Origin: Flavobacterium sp.
GTDB taxonomy: Bacteria; Bacteroidota; Bacteroidia; Flavobacteriales; Flavobacteriaceae
Length of the DNA: 64,000 bases
NCBI RefSeq assembly: GCF_046153165.1
Contig: NZ_JBJXEN010000010.1
Coordinates: 5,995-69,994, forward strand
Reading direction: 5' to 3'
Each line of letters starts with the position of its first letter. Position 1 is the stretch's first letter. This document shows positions 1-9,276 of the stretch, one piece after another. Under the pieces are notes generated by a model. The model worked only from the letters and a program-made list of their open reading frames with translations, was not told the origin of the DNA and made no database searches. The position numbers and the translations under genes are program-made.

Positions 1-905
1 TTGTATTGCATTTTGAAGAATCTGGTAAAATGGAAGCTGCATACGGACTTGCTATAGTTTTATGTATGATTATGACAACCATATTACTTACTTATTTCAT
101 GATACTTAAACGTGTTTCTTGGTTTATAATTGCGCCATTAATTTTATTATATTTAGTTATAGAGTTTAGTTTCTTAATTGCTAATCTAGATAAATTCCCT
201 CATGGTGGTTATGTAACTTTAATTATTGCTTCAATATTAATTTTTATAATGTCAATTTGGTTTACTGCTAAAAAAATTAGCAAAACCTACACAAAAATTG
301 TAAAAATAGACCATTACAAAAAAGTTCTTGCAGAATTAAGTGTCGATTTATCTATACCTAAATATGCAACTCATTTGGTTTATATGACAAATGCCAATCG
401 TGTAGATGAAATTGAGGAAAAAGTAATGTATTCAATTTTACAAAAACGCCCAAAAAGAGCCGATTTGTATTGGTTTGTACACGTAAATATTACAAATGAA
501 CCATATAGAAAAGAATATAAAGTTACAGAGATTATAAAAGATGATTTATTTAGAATCGATTTTAATCTTGGTTTTAGAGAGCCTACAAAAATAAACCTCA
601 TGTTTAAAGAAGTTCTTAAAGATATGGTTAAAAAAGGTGAAGTAGATATTACAAGCCGCTACGAATCATTAAGTAAGAACAATATTATTGGTGATTTTAA
701 GTTTGTATTGTCAGAAAAATTCTTATCGAATGACAGTTTTATGCATTGGCATGAAAAACTAGTTATGAACACTTACTTTTTTATTAAAAAATTAAGTTTA
801 TCTGAAGAACAAGCATTTGGTCTCGATAGTAGCTCTGTAAAAGTAGAGAAATTTCCAATGGTACTTCATGCTCCAGAAAAAATAGAGTTGTGTCGAGTTG
901 AATAA
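1..905 (+). CDS. kup: KUP/HAK/KT potassium transporter, C-terminal part (5' end outside window)
   Basis: AAYGLAI and KFPHGGY motifs, cytoplasmic tail with F-N-L-G-F-R-E; frame open from the window edge. Confidence 0.9.
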   Translation, partial: VLHFEESGKMEAAYGLAIVLCMIMTTILLTYFMILKRVSWFIIAPLILLYLVIEFSFLIANLDKFPHGGYVTLIIASILIFIMSIWFTAKKISKTYTKIVKIDHYKKVLAELSVDLSIPKYATHLVYMTNANRVDEIEEKVMYSILQKRPKRADLYWFVHVNITNEPYRKEYKVTEIIKDDLFRIDFNLGFREPTKINLMFKEVLKDMVKKGEVDITSRYESLSKNNIIGDFKFVLSEKFLSNDSFMHWHEKLVMNTYFFIKKLSLSEEQAFGLDSSSVKVEKFPMVLHAPEKIELCRVE

Positions 906-920
906 TAATATTATTTTTTT

Positions 921-1781
921 ATGATTTCATATAATCCAAAAGAGTGGTTCACCTTTATATTTAGATTTCATAAAGCGGATACATTTAGAACATTACTTCC
1001 ACTAATTATTGGTATATCAATCTATAGTGCAATTATTGTTTATTTTATACAAGACTATTTTCATTTAGATGATAATCATCATCTAAAAAACATAACTATC
1101 ATGCATAGCATGCTTGGTTTTGTCATTTCTTTATTATTAGTTTTTAGAACAAATACAGCGTATGATCGTTGGTGGGAAGGCAGAAAACAATGGGGCGCGT
1201 TAGTTAATAATAGCCGAAACTTAGCATTAAAACTTTCTGTGATTTTAGTTGAAAAAGAAGATAAATTATTTTTTAAAAAAATTATCCCTTATTATTCACA
1301 AGTCTTAAACTTACATCTTAAAAACCAGAATATTAGTCAAGAACTTTTTGAGGAATTTAATATGAAAATTGAGACTAAGCACAAACCAAATCAGGTTATA
1401 AAATTAATGTTTAAAAAAATAAACGAGTTGTTTATCGATAACAAAATAACTGGAGAACAATTACTTTTTATTAATCAAGAGCTAATATCATTTACCGATA
1501 TTTGTGGTGCTTGTGAGCGAATCAAAAATACACCAATTCCTTTTTCTTATAGTGTTTTCTTGAAAAAATTTATATTTTTTTATGTAATGACATTGCCTTT
1601 TGGTTATGTCTTTAATTTAGGTTTTTATACTATACCTGTTGTCATCTTTATATTTTATGTTCTGGCAAGCTTAGAGCTTATTGCAGAAGAAATTGAAGAG
1701 CCTTTTGGAAATGATGAAAATGACTTACCAACTGCACGAATTGCAGAAAATATTAAAAAAAATATTGACGAAATTTTATAA
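921..1781 (+). CDS. Bestrophin-family (YneE-like) ion channel
   Basis: LLLVFRTNTAYDRWWEGRKQWG and IEEPFG-DENDLP motifs. Confidence 0.9.
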   Translation: MISYNPKEWFTFIFRFHKADTFRTLLPLIIGISIYSAIIVYFIQDYFHLDDNHHLKNITIMHSMLGFVISLLLVFRTNTAYDRWWEGRKQWGALVNNSRNLALKLSVILVEKEDKLFFKKIIPYYSQVLNLHLKNQNISQELFEEFNMKIETKHKPNQVIKLMFKKINELFIDNKITGEQLLFINQELISFTDICGACERIKNTPIPFSYSVFLKKFIFFYVMTLPFGYVFNLGFYTIPVVIFIFYVLASLELIAEEIEEPFGNDENDLPTARIAENIKKNIDEIL

Positions 1782-1830
1782 AATATTATAGAAAAAAATA
1801 TTTTACAACATACTCTGTTCTTAAATATAA

Positions 1831-1860
1831 AAGGAGAAATCTAATATTAGATTTCTCCTT
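1831..1860. terminator. Bidirectional intrinsic terminator between convergent bestrophin and acs
   Basis: Perfect 30-bp palindrome aaggagaaatctaat/attagatttctcctt flanked by A/T tracts. Confidence 0.75.
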
Positions 1861-1868
1861 CTTTTTAT

Positions 1869-3776
1869 CTACAACTTTCCGTTCTTTATCTCATCGACAA
1901 TTTCGGGATTTAATAAAGTGGTGATATCTCCAAAATTACTAAAATCTCCTTCAGCAATTTTTCTCAAAATTCGTCTCATAATTTTTCCAGAGCGTGTTTT
2001 AGGTAAACCAGAAACAAACTGAATTTTATCTAATTTAGCAATTGGTCCGATATGATCTGAAACATGTTGATTTATTTCTTTAGCCAAATTATTCTTGTCA
2101 CGGGTTTCTCCACTTTCTTTTAGAATTACAAAACCGTACAAAGCATTACCTTTTATATCATGAGGAAATCCAACAATGGCAGATTCTGCAACAGCGGGAT
2201 GCTCATTTATGGCATCTTCTATGGGAGCTGTTCCTAAATTATGACCAGAAACAATTACGACATCATCTACTCGACCTGTAATTCTATAGTAACCTACTTC
2301 GTCACGCAAAGCACCATCTCCAGTAAAATATTTACCTGGAAAAGCAGAAAAATACGTTTCTTTATAACGTTGATGATCTCCCCAAATTGTTCTTGCAATT
2401 CCTGGCCATGGAAACTTGATGCACAAACTTCCTGTCACTTGATTTCCTTCAATTTCGTTACGCTTTTCATTCATTAATACTGGTTGAATTCCAGGCAATG
2501 GTAATGAGGCATACGTTGGTTTTGTTGGTGTTACAAAAGCTATTGGTGAAATCATGATACCTCCAGTTTCTGTTTGCCACCACGTATCTACAACGGGACA
2601 ACGCTTACCTCCTACGTGGTCATTGTACCAGTGCCAAGCTTCCTCATTGATAGGTTCTCCAACAGAGCCAATTACTTTCAAGGATTGTAATGGGAATTTT
2701 TGAACGTATGATAAATTCTCTTTTGCCAAAGCTCGAATGGCTGTTGGAGCGGTATAAAATTGCGTCACTTTGTGTTTTTCAATCACTTCCCAAAAACGAG
2801 AGAAATCTGGGTAAGATGGAACTCCTTCAAAAATTACAGTCGTAGCTCCATTTAAAAGCGGACCGTAAAGAATATAAGAATGTCCTGTTATCCAACCAAT
2901 ATCGGCTGTACACCAAAAAACATCATTTTCTTCATAATTAAAAACATTTTTGAAAGTATAAGCAGAATATACCATATAACCAGCCGTAGTATGTACCATT
3001 CCTTTTGGTTTCCCTGTTGATCCTGAAGTATATAAAATAAATAAAGGATCTTCAGCATCCATGATTTCAGCTACATTATTGTCTGATGCTTGGTCTAAAA
3101 GAGGTTGTAACCATTGGTCTCGGCCTTCCTTCATATTAATTTGAGTATTCGTTCTTTTGGCTACCAATACTTTTTCAACACAAGGACATTTTTCTAAAGC
3201 TTCATCTATAATTCCTTTTAAATCGATAGTTTTTTCGCCACGGAAACCACCATCAGAAGTGATGACCATTTTACATTCAGAATCATTAATTCTTGACGCT
3301 ACTGCTGAAGAAGAAAACCCAGCAAACACTACTGAATGGATGGCGCCAATTCTAGCACAAGCCAATGTTGCAATGGCTAATTCGGGAATCATTGGTAAAT
3401 AAATACAAACTCTATCTCCTTTTTCGATGCCTTGTTCTCTCAATACATTTGCCATTTTAGAAACACGTACATATAATTCGTTGTACGAGATGTGTTGTGC
3501 TTCTTCATTTGGATTATTTGGTTCAAAAATAATAGCTGTTTTTTCACCTCGACGTACTAAATGCCTATCGATACAATTTTTTACAATGTTAACTTTTGCT
3601 CCTTTAAACCATTCTATTTTGGCTTCGGCCATATCAAATTCTACTACTTTTTCGCATTCTTGATACCAAGTAAAATTCTCGGAAGCAATTTTTCCCCAAA
3701 ATTTTCTCGGTTCTCTAATTGATTTGTTATAATGTTTAAAGTATTGTTCTAAATTGTCAATTTTGTAATAACTCAT
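1869..3776 (-). CDS. acs: Acetate--CoA ligase
   Basis: YTSGSTGKPKG, DTWWQTETGG, GRVDDV and PKTRSGKIMRR (acetylation Lys) motifs; 635 aa. Confidence 0.95.
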   Translation of the reverse strand: MSYYKIDNLEQYFKHYNKSIREPRKFWGKIASENFTWYQECEKVVEFDMAEAKIEWFKGAKVNIVKNCIDRHLVRRGEKTAIIFEPNNPNEEAQHISYNELYVRVSKMANVLREQGIEKGDRVCIYLPMIPELAIATLACARIGAIHSVVFAGFSSSAVASRINDSECKMVITSDGGFRGEKTIDLKGIIDEALEKCPCVEKVLVAKRTNTQINMKEGRDQWLQPLLDQASDNNVAEIMDAEDPLFILYTSGSTGKPKGMVHTTAGYMVYSAYTFKNVFNYEENDVFWCTADIGWITGHSYILYGPLLNGATTVIFEGVPSYPDFSRFWEVIEKHKVTQFYTAPTAIRALAKENLSYVQKFPLQSLKVIGSVGEPINEEAWHWYNDHVGGKRCPVVDTWWQTETGGIMISPIAFVTPTKPTYASLPLPGIQPVLMNEKRNEIEGNQVTGSLCIKFPWPGIARTIWGDHQRYKETYFSAFPGKYFTGDGALRDEVGYYRITGRVDDVVIVSGHNLGTAPIEDAINEHPAVAESAIVGFPHDIKGNALYGFVILKESGETRDKNNLAKEINQHVSDHIGPIAKLDKIQFVSGLPKTRSGKIMRRILRKIAEGDFSNFGDITTLLNPEIVDEIKNGKL

Positions 3777-3794
3777 AACTATTCTTATTATTTA

Positions 3795-5702
3795 TTAATT
3801 CTTATTTTTATTATAAACACCTATTTCATATTTTTTTAAAACATCGATAATTTCTTCAACAATTACTTCATCATCGATGGTTGACGGAATTTGGAAATTT
3901 TCACCATCTGCTATACTTCGAATTAATTTTCGAAGAATTTTTCCTGAACGAGTTTTAGGCAATCTTTGTACTATGACAACATTTCGTAAGGAAGCAACGG
4001 CGCCTATTTGTTGTCTTACCAGTTTTACAATCTCTTGTTCTAATTGAAAATGCTCGATAGATTCACCTGATTTATTAACTACTAATGCTAATGGAACTTG
4101 TCCTTTTAAGTCATCATTAATTCCTATTACTGCACATTCAGCAACCGAATGATGAGAAGATACTATTTCTTCCATCTCGGCAGTAGATAAACGATGTCCT
4201 GCTACATTAATAACATCATCAACTCTACCTGTAATAAATATATAATCCTCATCGTCTTTAAAACCTCCATCACCAGAAAAATAATAACCAGGAAATTTAT
4301 TCAAATAACCCATTTTAAAACGCTCGGTATCACCCCATAAATCAAGCATTGTTCCAGGAGGCAATGGCAATTTTATAACAACATATCCTTCTTGATTTGG
4401 ACCCAATTCTTGCCCATTTTCTCCAAATATTCGAATATCATAACCTGCAACTGCTTTTCCAGCCGAACCTGGTTTTACAGGTAAAACTTCTACTCCCATC
4501 ATATTAGCAATCATAGGCCAGCCTGATTCGGTTTGCCACCAATGGTCTATTGCCGGAACAGGAATATGTTCGTTGTACCATTCTAAAGTAGCTACATCAC
4601 AACGCTCTCCTGCTAAAAACTGAGTACGAAGACATGATAAATCATATTGTTTGATAAAGGCACCATTTGGATCTTCTTTTTTGATAGCTCTAATTGCTGT
4701 TGGAGCTGTAAACATTACTTTTACTTTATGTTCTGCAATGATTCGCCAAAAAGTAGATGCATCTGGTGTTTTAATTGGTTTTCCTTCGAAAATAATGGTA
4801 GCATTTCTGTTGATTAATGGACCATAAATAATAAAACTATGACCTACAACCCAGCCTACATCGGATGCAGCCCAAAAAACCTCATCTGGTTTCGCCCCAT
4901 AAATATATTGCATTGAAAATTTAAGTGCTGTAGCATATCCGCCTGTATCTCTTACTATACCTTTAGGTTTTCCAGTTGTTCCAGAAGTGTATAAAACATA
5001 TAATGGATGAGTTGCATTTACGGGAACACATGGTATCTCTTCAGAACCATAAACCAGTGCATCATAATCTACATCATATTTTTTGAAAGGAACTCTAGCG
5101 CCTAATTTTCTATTGAAAACGATAACTTTTTTTGGTTTATGTGACGACAATTCAATAGCTTCATCAACTAGTGGTTTATAGGCTATTAATCTATCTACTT
5201 CTATTCCTGATGAAGCAGTAATAATACCTCTTGGTTTACAATCATCTATTCTAATAGCTAATTCGTGTGGTGCAAAACCACCAAAAACTACCGAATGTGT
5301 CACTCCAATTCTAGCACAAGCCAACATAGCAAATGCCGCCTGAGGAATCATTGGCATATATATTACCGCTGTATCTCCTTTTTTGAATCCTAGTGAAATC
5401 ATTCCTCCTGCCAATTTTGCTACTTCAGTTTTTACATCATTAAAGGTATATTTCTTTATAGTTTGTGTTACTGGCGAATCATAAATTAGGGCAATATTAT
5501 CTCCATATCCATCTTGAATATGTTTATCTAAAGTTAGATAGCAAATATTTAATTCTCCATCTTTAAACCAAAGAGGATAATCATTTTCATCTTTTAATAA
5601 AATTCTTGATGGTTTACTATACCATTCGATTTGATTCGCTTGATCTTCCCAAAAAGCTGAAGGAAAATCGATACTCTTTTTATATAATTCTGAATAATTC
5701 AT
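3795..5702 (-). CDS. prpE: Propionate/acetate--CoA ligase (PrpE/ACSS3-like)
   Basis: YTSGTTGKPKG, FLAGERCD, DHWWQTESGWP and PKTRSGKILR motifs; GFAPHELA type; exact substrate uncertain. Confidence 0.75.
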   Translation of the reverse strand: MNYSELYKKSIDFPSAFWEDQANQIEWYSKPSRILLKDENDYPLWFKDGELNICYLTLDKHIQDGYGDNIALIYDSPVTQTIKKYTFNDVKTEVAKLAGGMISLGFKKGDTAVIYMPMIPQAAFAMLACARIGVTHSVVFGGFAPHELAIRIDDCKPRGIITASSGIEVDRLIAYKPLVDEAIELSSHKPKKVIVFNRKLGARVPFKKYDVDYDALVYGSEEIPCVPVNATHPLYVLYTSGTTGKPKGIVRDTGGYATALKFSMQYIYGAKPDEVFWAASDVGWVVGHSFIIYGPLINRNATIIFEGKPIKTPDASTFWRIIAEHKVKVMFTAPTAIRAIKKEDPNGAFIKQYDLSCLRTQFLAGERCDVATLEWYNEHIPVPAIDHWWQTESGWPMIANMMGVEVLPVKPGSAGKAVAGYDIRIFGENGQELGPNQEGYVVIKLPLPPGTMLDLWGDTERFKMGYLNKFPGYYFSGDGGFKDDEDYIFITGRVDDVINVAGHRLSTAEMEEIVSSHHSVAECAVIGINDDLKGQVPLALVVNKSGESIEHFQLEQEIVKLVRQQIGAVASLRNVVIVQRLPKTRSGKILRKLIRSIADGENFQIPSTIDDEVIVEEIIDVLKKYEIGVYNKNKN

Positions 5703-5730
5703 TGTTATTGTGATGTTTATATTTATTGAA

Positions 5731-6096
5731 TCAGTTTTCTAAAAGCTCACTTACTTGATCTACAATTTTCTTTATAGAAAAAGGTTTTGTCATATAAGCA
5801 TCGGCACCAAGAGATAATCCTTTTTCTATATCACTTTCTTTATTTTTTGCCGAAAGAAAAATGACTTTGGTATGTTTCAGATTATCCTCTTTTTTTATTT
5901 GTTCTAAGGTAGCATAACCATCAACCATGGGCATCATAATATCCAAAATAATAACATCTGGATAATTTGTTTTTAGAATATCTAATGCTTCTTGTCCGTC
6001 GCGGGCAATAAATACTTGATAATTATTTTTTTTGAATGTATATTCAAGAGCCATTACAATATTTGGTTCGTCATCTACGATTAAAATCTTCTTCAT
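5731..6096 (-). CDS. Single-domain response regulator (REC only)
   Basis: VDDE, LDIMMP phospho-Asp and KPF; 121 aa with no output domain; overlaps kinase stop by 4 nt. Confidence 0.9.
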   Translation of the reverse strand: MKKILIVDDEPNIVMALEYTFKKNNYQVFIARDGQEALDILKTNYPDVIILDIMMPMVDGYATLEQIKKEDNLKHTKVIFLSAKNKESDIEKGLSLGADAYMTKPFSIKKIVDQVSELLEN

Positions 6097-8798
6097 TGGG
6101 TGTTTATTTCAATATTCTTATTTTTAGGTAATGTAAAAGCGATGGAAGCTCCTTTTAGACTAGTTTGCGCCCAAATTTTTCCTTTGTGATGTTCAATAAT
6201 CTGTTTGCAAATAGCTAATCCTAGTCCGCTGCCTACTGGTTTTTTTATATTTTGATTGGTTGATTGGTAAAATTTATCGAAAATTACTTCAAAATCATTT
6301 GTATTTATTCCTTTGCCGTTATCTTGTACTACTGTTTGAATAAAATCTTCTTTCTCAGAAACTTGAATGGTAATTAATCCTTCTTTTTCAGGACAAAATT
6401 TTATAGCATTAGAAACCAAATTCGTAATTACCTGAAAAATTCTATCTTCATCATAATAAGCATTAATTTTATGCTTACTTTCTATATGAATCGTAATATT
6501 CTTATTCTTAATTAACTGTTGTAAAGGATCAATCGCTTTTTCGATAGTATTTACCAAATTATTTTTTGATGGATTAATAGTTTGTTTTCCTGTTTCAAAT
6601 TTCTCTAAATCAAGAATTTTATCAATTAATCTGTTTAATCTATCTGATTCTGAAATAATATTTTGAAGAAATTGCTTTCTCAAATCTTCAGGGATTTCAT
6701 CATCGTCATGCAAAATTTCACTTGCTGCTCTTATTGCTGTTATTGGAGTTCGCAATTCATGCGTTACAGTATCTAGAAATTCGTCTTTTTGCTGGTCTTT
6801 TTTAATTAAAGAACTATTTGCTGTTTGTAATTTGGCTGAAATTTCTTTTAATTCTTTAGAAGTTTCGGTTAGTTTTTTATTGATAATAATATTCTCTTTC
6901 GATTCTTCCAGGATTTTTAAAACTTCTGGCAAACTAATTTTTTCTTCTTTTACCACACTAGAAATCAATATTCTGGCAGATGCCGTTCCGATATGACCTG
7001 TGAGTAAATTCTCGGAAAATTTAATTAATCGAGCATCAGCCAATTCTTGATTTTTATCTACATTATATTTGACATTGAAGATATTCATGGCTCGTTTGGT
7101 TCGTTCTTCTCCCAGAAAACGAATTAGTACTTTTTCAATATCATTTCGGTAGGCAGTTCCTTTCCAAATAAACGCATTTTCATGATTGGTAATATATTTA
7201 TTGATATCAACAAACATTTCGGCATAATTGCGTTCCCGATAATTTCCTTTGAAACTTACTGAAACTGCAAAATAAGTGAACGAATTAAACAATAAACTCC
7301 AAAATAAGGCATGTGGAACAGGTTGCAAATAATCTAACCCAAATAATTGAAAAGGTTTTAATAATTCGATTCCCATAAATCCTTTAGAAATAAAAGATAT
7401 TTCTACGTTACTTATTCCAATAGCATAAGGAATTAACAATGTATAAATACAGATTAAAAACCCAACAATAATGCTATAAATGGCACCCAATCTTGAACCT
7501 CTTCTCCAGAATAAAGCTCCAAAAAAAGCAGGTGATAATTGGGCTATAATAACAAAAGCTACTAAACCTATAGAAACCAAACTATAATCTAATGCAAAAA
7601 AACGATAGATAAAATAAGCTAGAATAATAAGTATAAAAATTCCGAATTTTCGACTGTTTACGATTTTACGGCTACTAATAGTTTGCTCATCACTTTTTAA
7701 TTTTCCTAATAAGTTATAAGGAATTAAAACGTTGTTAGTTAGCATCGTAGAAAGACCAATAGAAGAAACGACAATCATGGATATTGCTGCTGAAAATCCG
7801 CCAAGAAAAACAATAACAGTCATTGCTTTATTGTTGAAAAGCTGTGGAATTAACAAGGAATAAGTATCCGAATTTACCTCTTTTCCGTCAAATAAAATAT
7901 TACCTCCCCAGGCGATTGGATATACAAAAAGATTGAAGATTAGTAAGTACAATGGAAATAACCAAACCGCTGTATTGATATGATTTTCTCGATTATTTTC
8001 GATAACAGAAACCTGAAATTGCCTAGGTAATAAGAAAATCGCAAACATAGATAATATACATAACAAAAACCAGTTGATGGCTTGTGGTAAACCACCAATT
8101 GCATTTTTTTCTTTAAAATTTTCTAATAAAGAAGCTTTTTGATAAATATCATCAAAACCATCAAAAACGAAATAAGTAACATAAATTCCAATAATGACGA
8201 AGAAAACAAGTTTCAAAACGCTTTCCATGGCAACAGCAGTCACTATTCCTTTTCTTTTTTCGGAAGCATCTACGTAACGAGTTCCATAATATGAAGCAAA
8301 TAATGCTAATGCTACTGCGACATAAGTTGTTGTATCGTCTAAAATAAACGAATTGGTAGCCGTTTTAGTAACTACGTGAAAAGTTTCAGAAATCGATTTG
8401 AGCTGTAAGGCAATGTAAGGCAAAATTCCTGTAAGACAAATAACAGTAACAATAGCTCCTAAAAATCGACTGTTTCCGTAGCGAAGAGAAATAAAATCGG
8501 CAATACTTGAAATTTTATTTACTCTTGAGATTCGTATAATTTTTTTTAGAATTAAAATCCAAGAAGGTGCAATAATTATGGGACCCAAATAAATGGGTAA
8601 ATAACCTAATCCGCTTTTAGCAGCCACACCTACACTCCCGTAATAAGTCCAAGCCGTGCAATAAACCGCCAATGACAATGTATATACATAAGGATTGTTT
8701 GTCCATTTGCTATTCCCTTTTTTCTCTGCCCAATGTGCAATGAAAAAAAGAACTGCTAAATAGACAGACAATATCATTAGAAGTATTATACTACTCAT
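6093..8798 (-). CDS. Sodium:solute symporter (SLC5)-STAC-histidine kinase, CrbS/CbrA-like
   Basis: About 500 aa polytopic SSS domain (LAVYCTAWTYYGSVG), STAC-like RFLGEER...GTASARIL, HisKA THELRTP, HATPase NLVSNAIKF/DNGKG/GSGLGL. Confidence 0.88.
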   Translation of the reverse strand: MSSIILLMILSVYLAVLFFIAHWAEKKGNSKWTNNPYVYTLSLAVYCTAWTYYGSVGVAAKSGLGYLPIYLGPIIIAPSWILILKKIIRISRVNKISSIADFISLRYGNSRFLGAIVTVICLTGILPYIALQLKSISETFHVVTKTATNSFILDDTTTYVAVALALFASYYGTRYVDASEKRKGIVTAVAMESVLKLVFFVIIGIYVTYFVFDGFDDIYQKASLLENFKEKNAIGGLPQAINWFLLCILSMFAIFLLPRQFQVSVIENNRENHINTAVWLFPLYLLIFNLFVYPIAWGGNILFDGKEVNSDTYSLLIPQLFNNKAMTVIVFLGGFSAAISMIVVSSIGLSTMLTNNVLIPYNLLGKLKSDEQTISSRKIVNSRKFGIFILIILAYFIYRFFALDYSLVSIGLVAFVIIAQLSPAFFGALFWRRGSRLGAIYSIIVGFLICIYTLLIPYAIGISNVEISFISKGFMGIELLKPFQLFGLDYLQPVPHALFWSLLFNSFTYFAVSVSFKGNYRERNYAEMFVDINKYITNHENAFIWKGTAYRNDIEKVLIRFLGEERTKRAMNIFNVKYNVDKNQELADARLIKFSENLLTGHIGTASARILISSVVKEEKISLPEVLKILEESKENIIINKKLTETSKELKEISAKLQTANSSLIKKDQQKDEFLDTVTHELRTPITAIRAASEILHDDDEIPEDLRKQFLQNIISESDRLNRLIDKILDLEKFETGKQTINPSKNNLVNTIEKAIDPLQQLIKNKNITIHIESKHKINAYYDEDRIFQVITNLVSNAIKFCPEKEGLITIQVSEKEDFIQTVVQDNGKGINTNDFEVIFDKFYQSTNQNIKKPVGSGLGLAICKQIIEHHKGKIWAQTSLKGASIAFTLPKNKNIEINTQ

Positions 8799-8985
8799 TG
8801 TATCGTTTTACAATTAATAAGGAAACTAAAATGGAAAGCAGCCAAATAGAAAAAAAGTAAATATAAATGGCAGGAAATCCCAATACATTTGTAGAAGAAT
8901 CAAATAGCAAAACTATAGGAAGATTAAGCCCTATGAGTAAAACTATAGATACAATTACTAATTTTTGTTGGTGTCTTTTTTTCAT
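8791..8985 (-). CDS. Small 2-TM protein overlapping the kinase start (CbrX/DUF3311-like position)
   Basis: 64 aa, two hydrophobic stretches around LGFPAIY; 8-nt overlap with kinase ATG. Confidence 0.7.
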   Translation of the reverse strand: MKKRHQQKLVIVSIVLLIGLNLPIVLLFDSSTNVLGFPAIYIYFFSIWLLSILVSLLIVKRYNE

Positions 8986-8993
8986 ATTTAATT

Positions 8994-9030
8994 AAAAAAC
9001 CTAAAGCCCTTGAAAATTCAAGAGCTTTAG
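8994..9030 (-). terminator. Intra-operon intrinsic terminator/attenuator
   Basis: Hairpin ctaaagc-cttgaa / ttcaag-gctttag followed on the minus strand by G-T6. Confidence 0.6.
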
Positions 9031-9048
9031 ATTTAATACAATTATTAA

Positions 9049-9264
9049 TTAATCTTCATATTCGTTTGTTAATGAGTACCATCCAAAAATAGTCAAACCT
9101 GTAACAATTAAAGGTAATAAAATAAAAAATATAATTATTCCAAAAACCAAGTCATCTTGTTTTCCTGAGGTCAACTTTCCTCCAAATATTCCGATACTAT
9201 AGTAAGCAATCACGATAGATAAAGCAATCCAAACTATTCCTAAATATTTTTTTATTGTGTTCAT
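9049..9264 (-). CDS. Small 2-TM membrane protein (DUF6814-like)
   Basis: 71 aa, two TM helices, C-terminal FGWYSLTNEY; family name from recall. Confidence 0.65.
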   Translation of the reverse strand: MNTIKKYLGIVWIALSIVIAYYSIGIFGGKLTSGKQDDLVFGIIIFFILLPLIVTGLTIFGWYSLTNEYED

Positions 9265-9276
9265 AATTTTTATGTT

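Noticed and set aside
1-1781. Kup plus bestrophin pairing as a new ion-homeostasis module
   Set aside because: Adjacency alone gives no evidence of a functional link, and Kup is truncated by the window edge.
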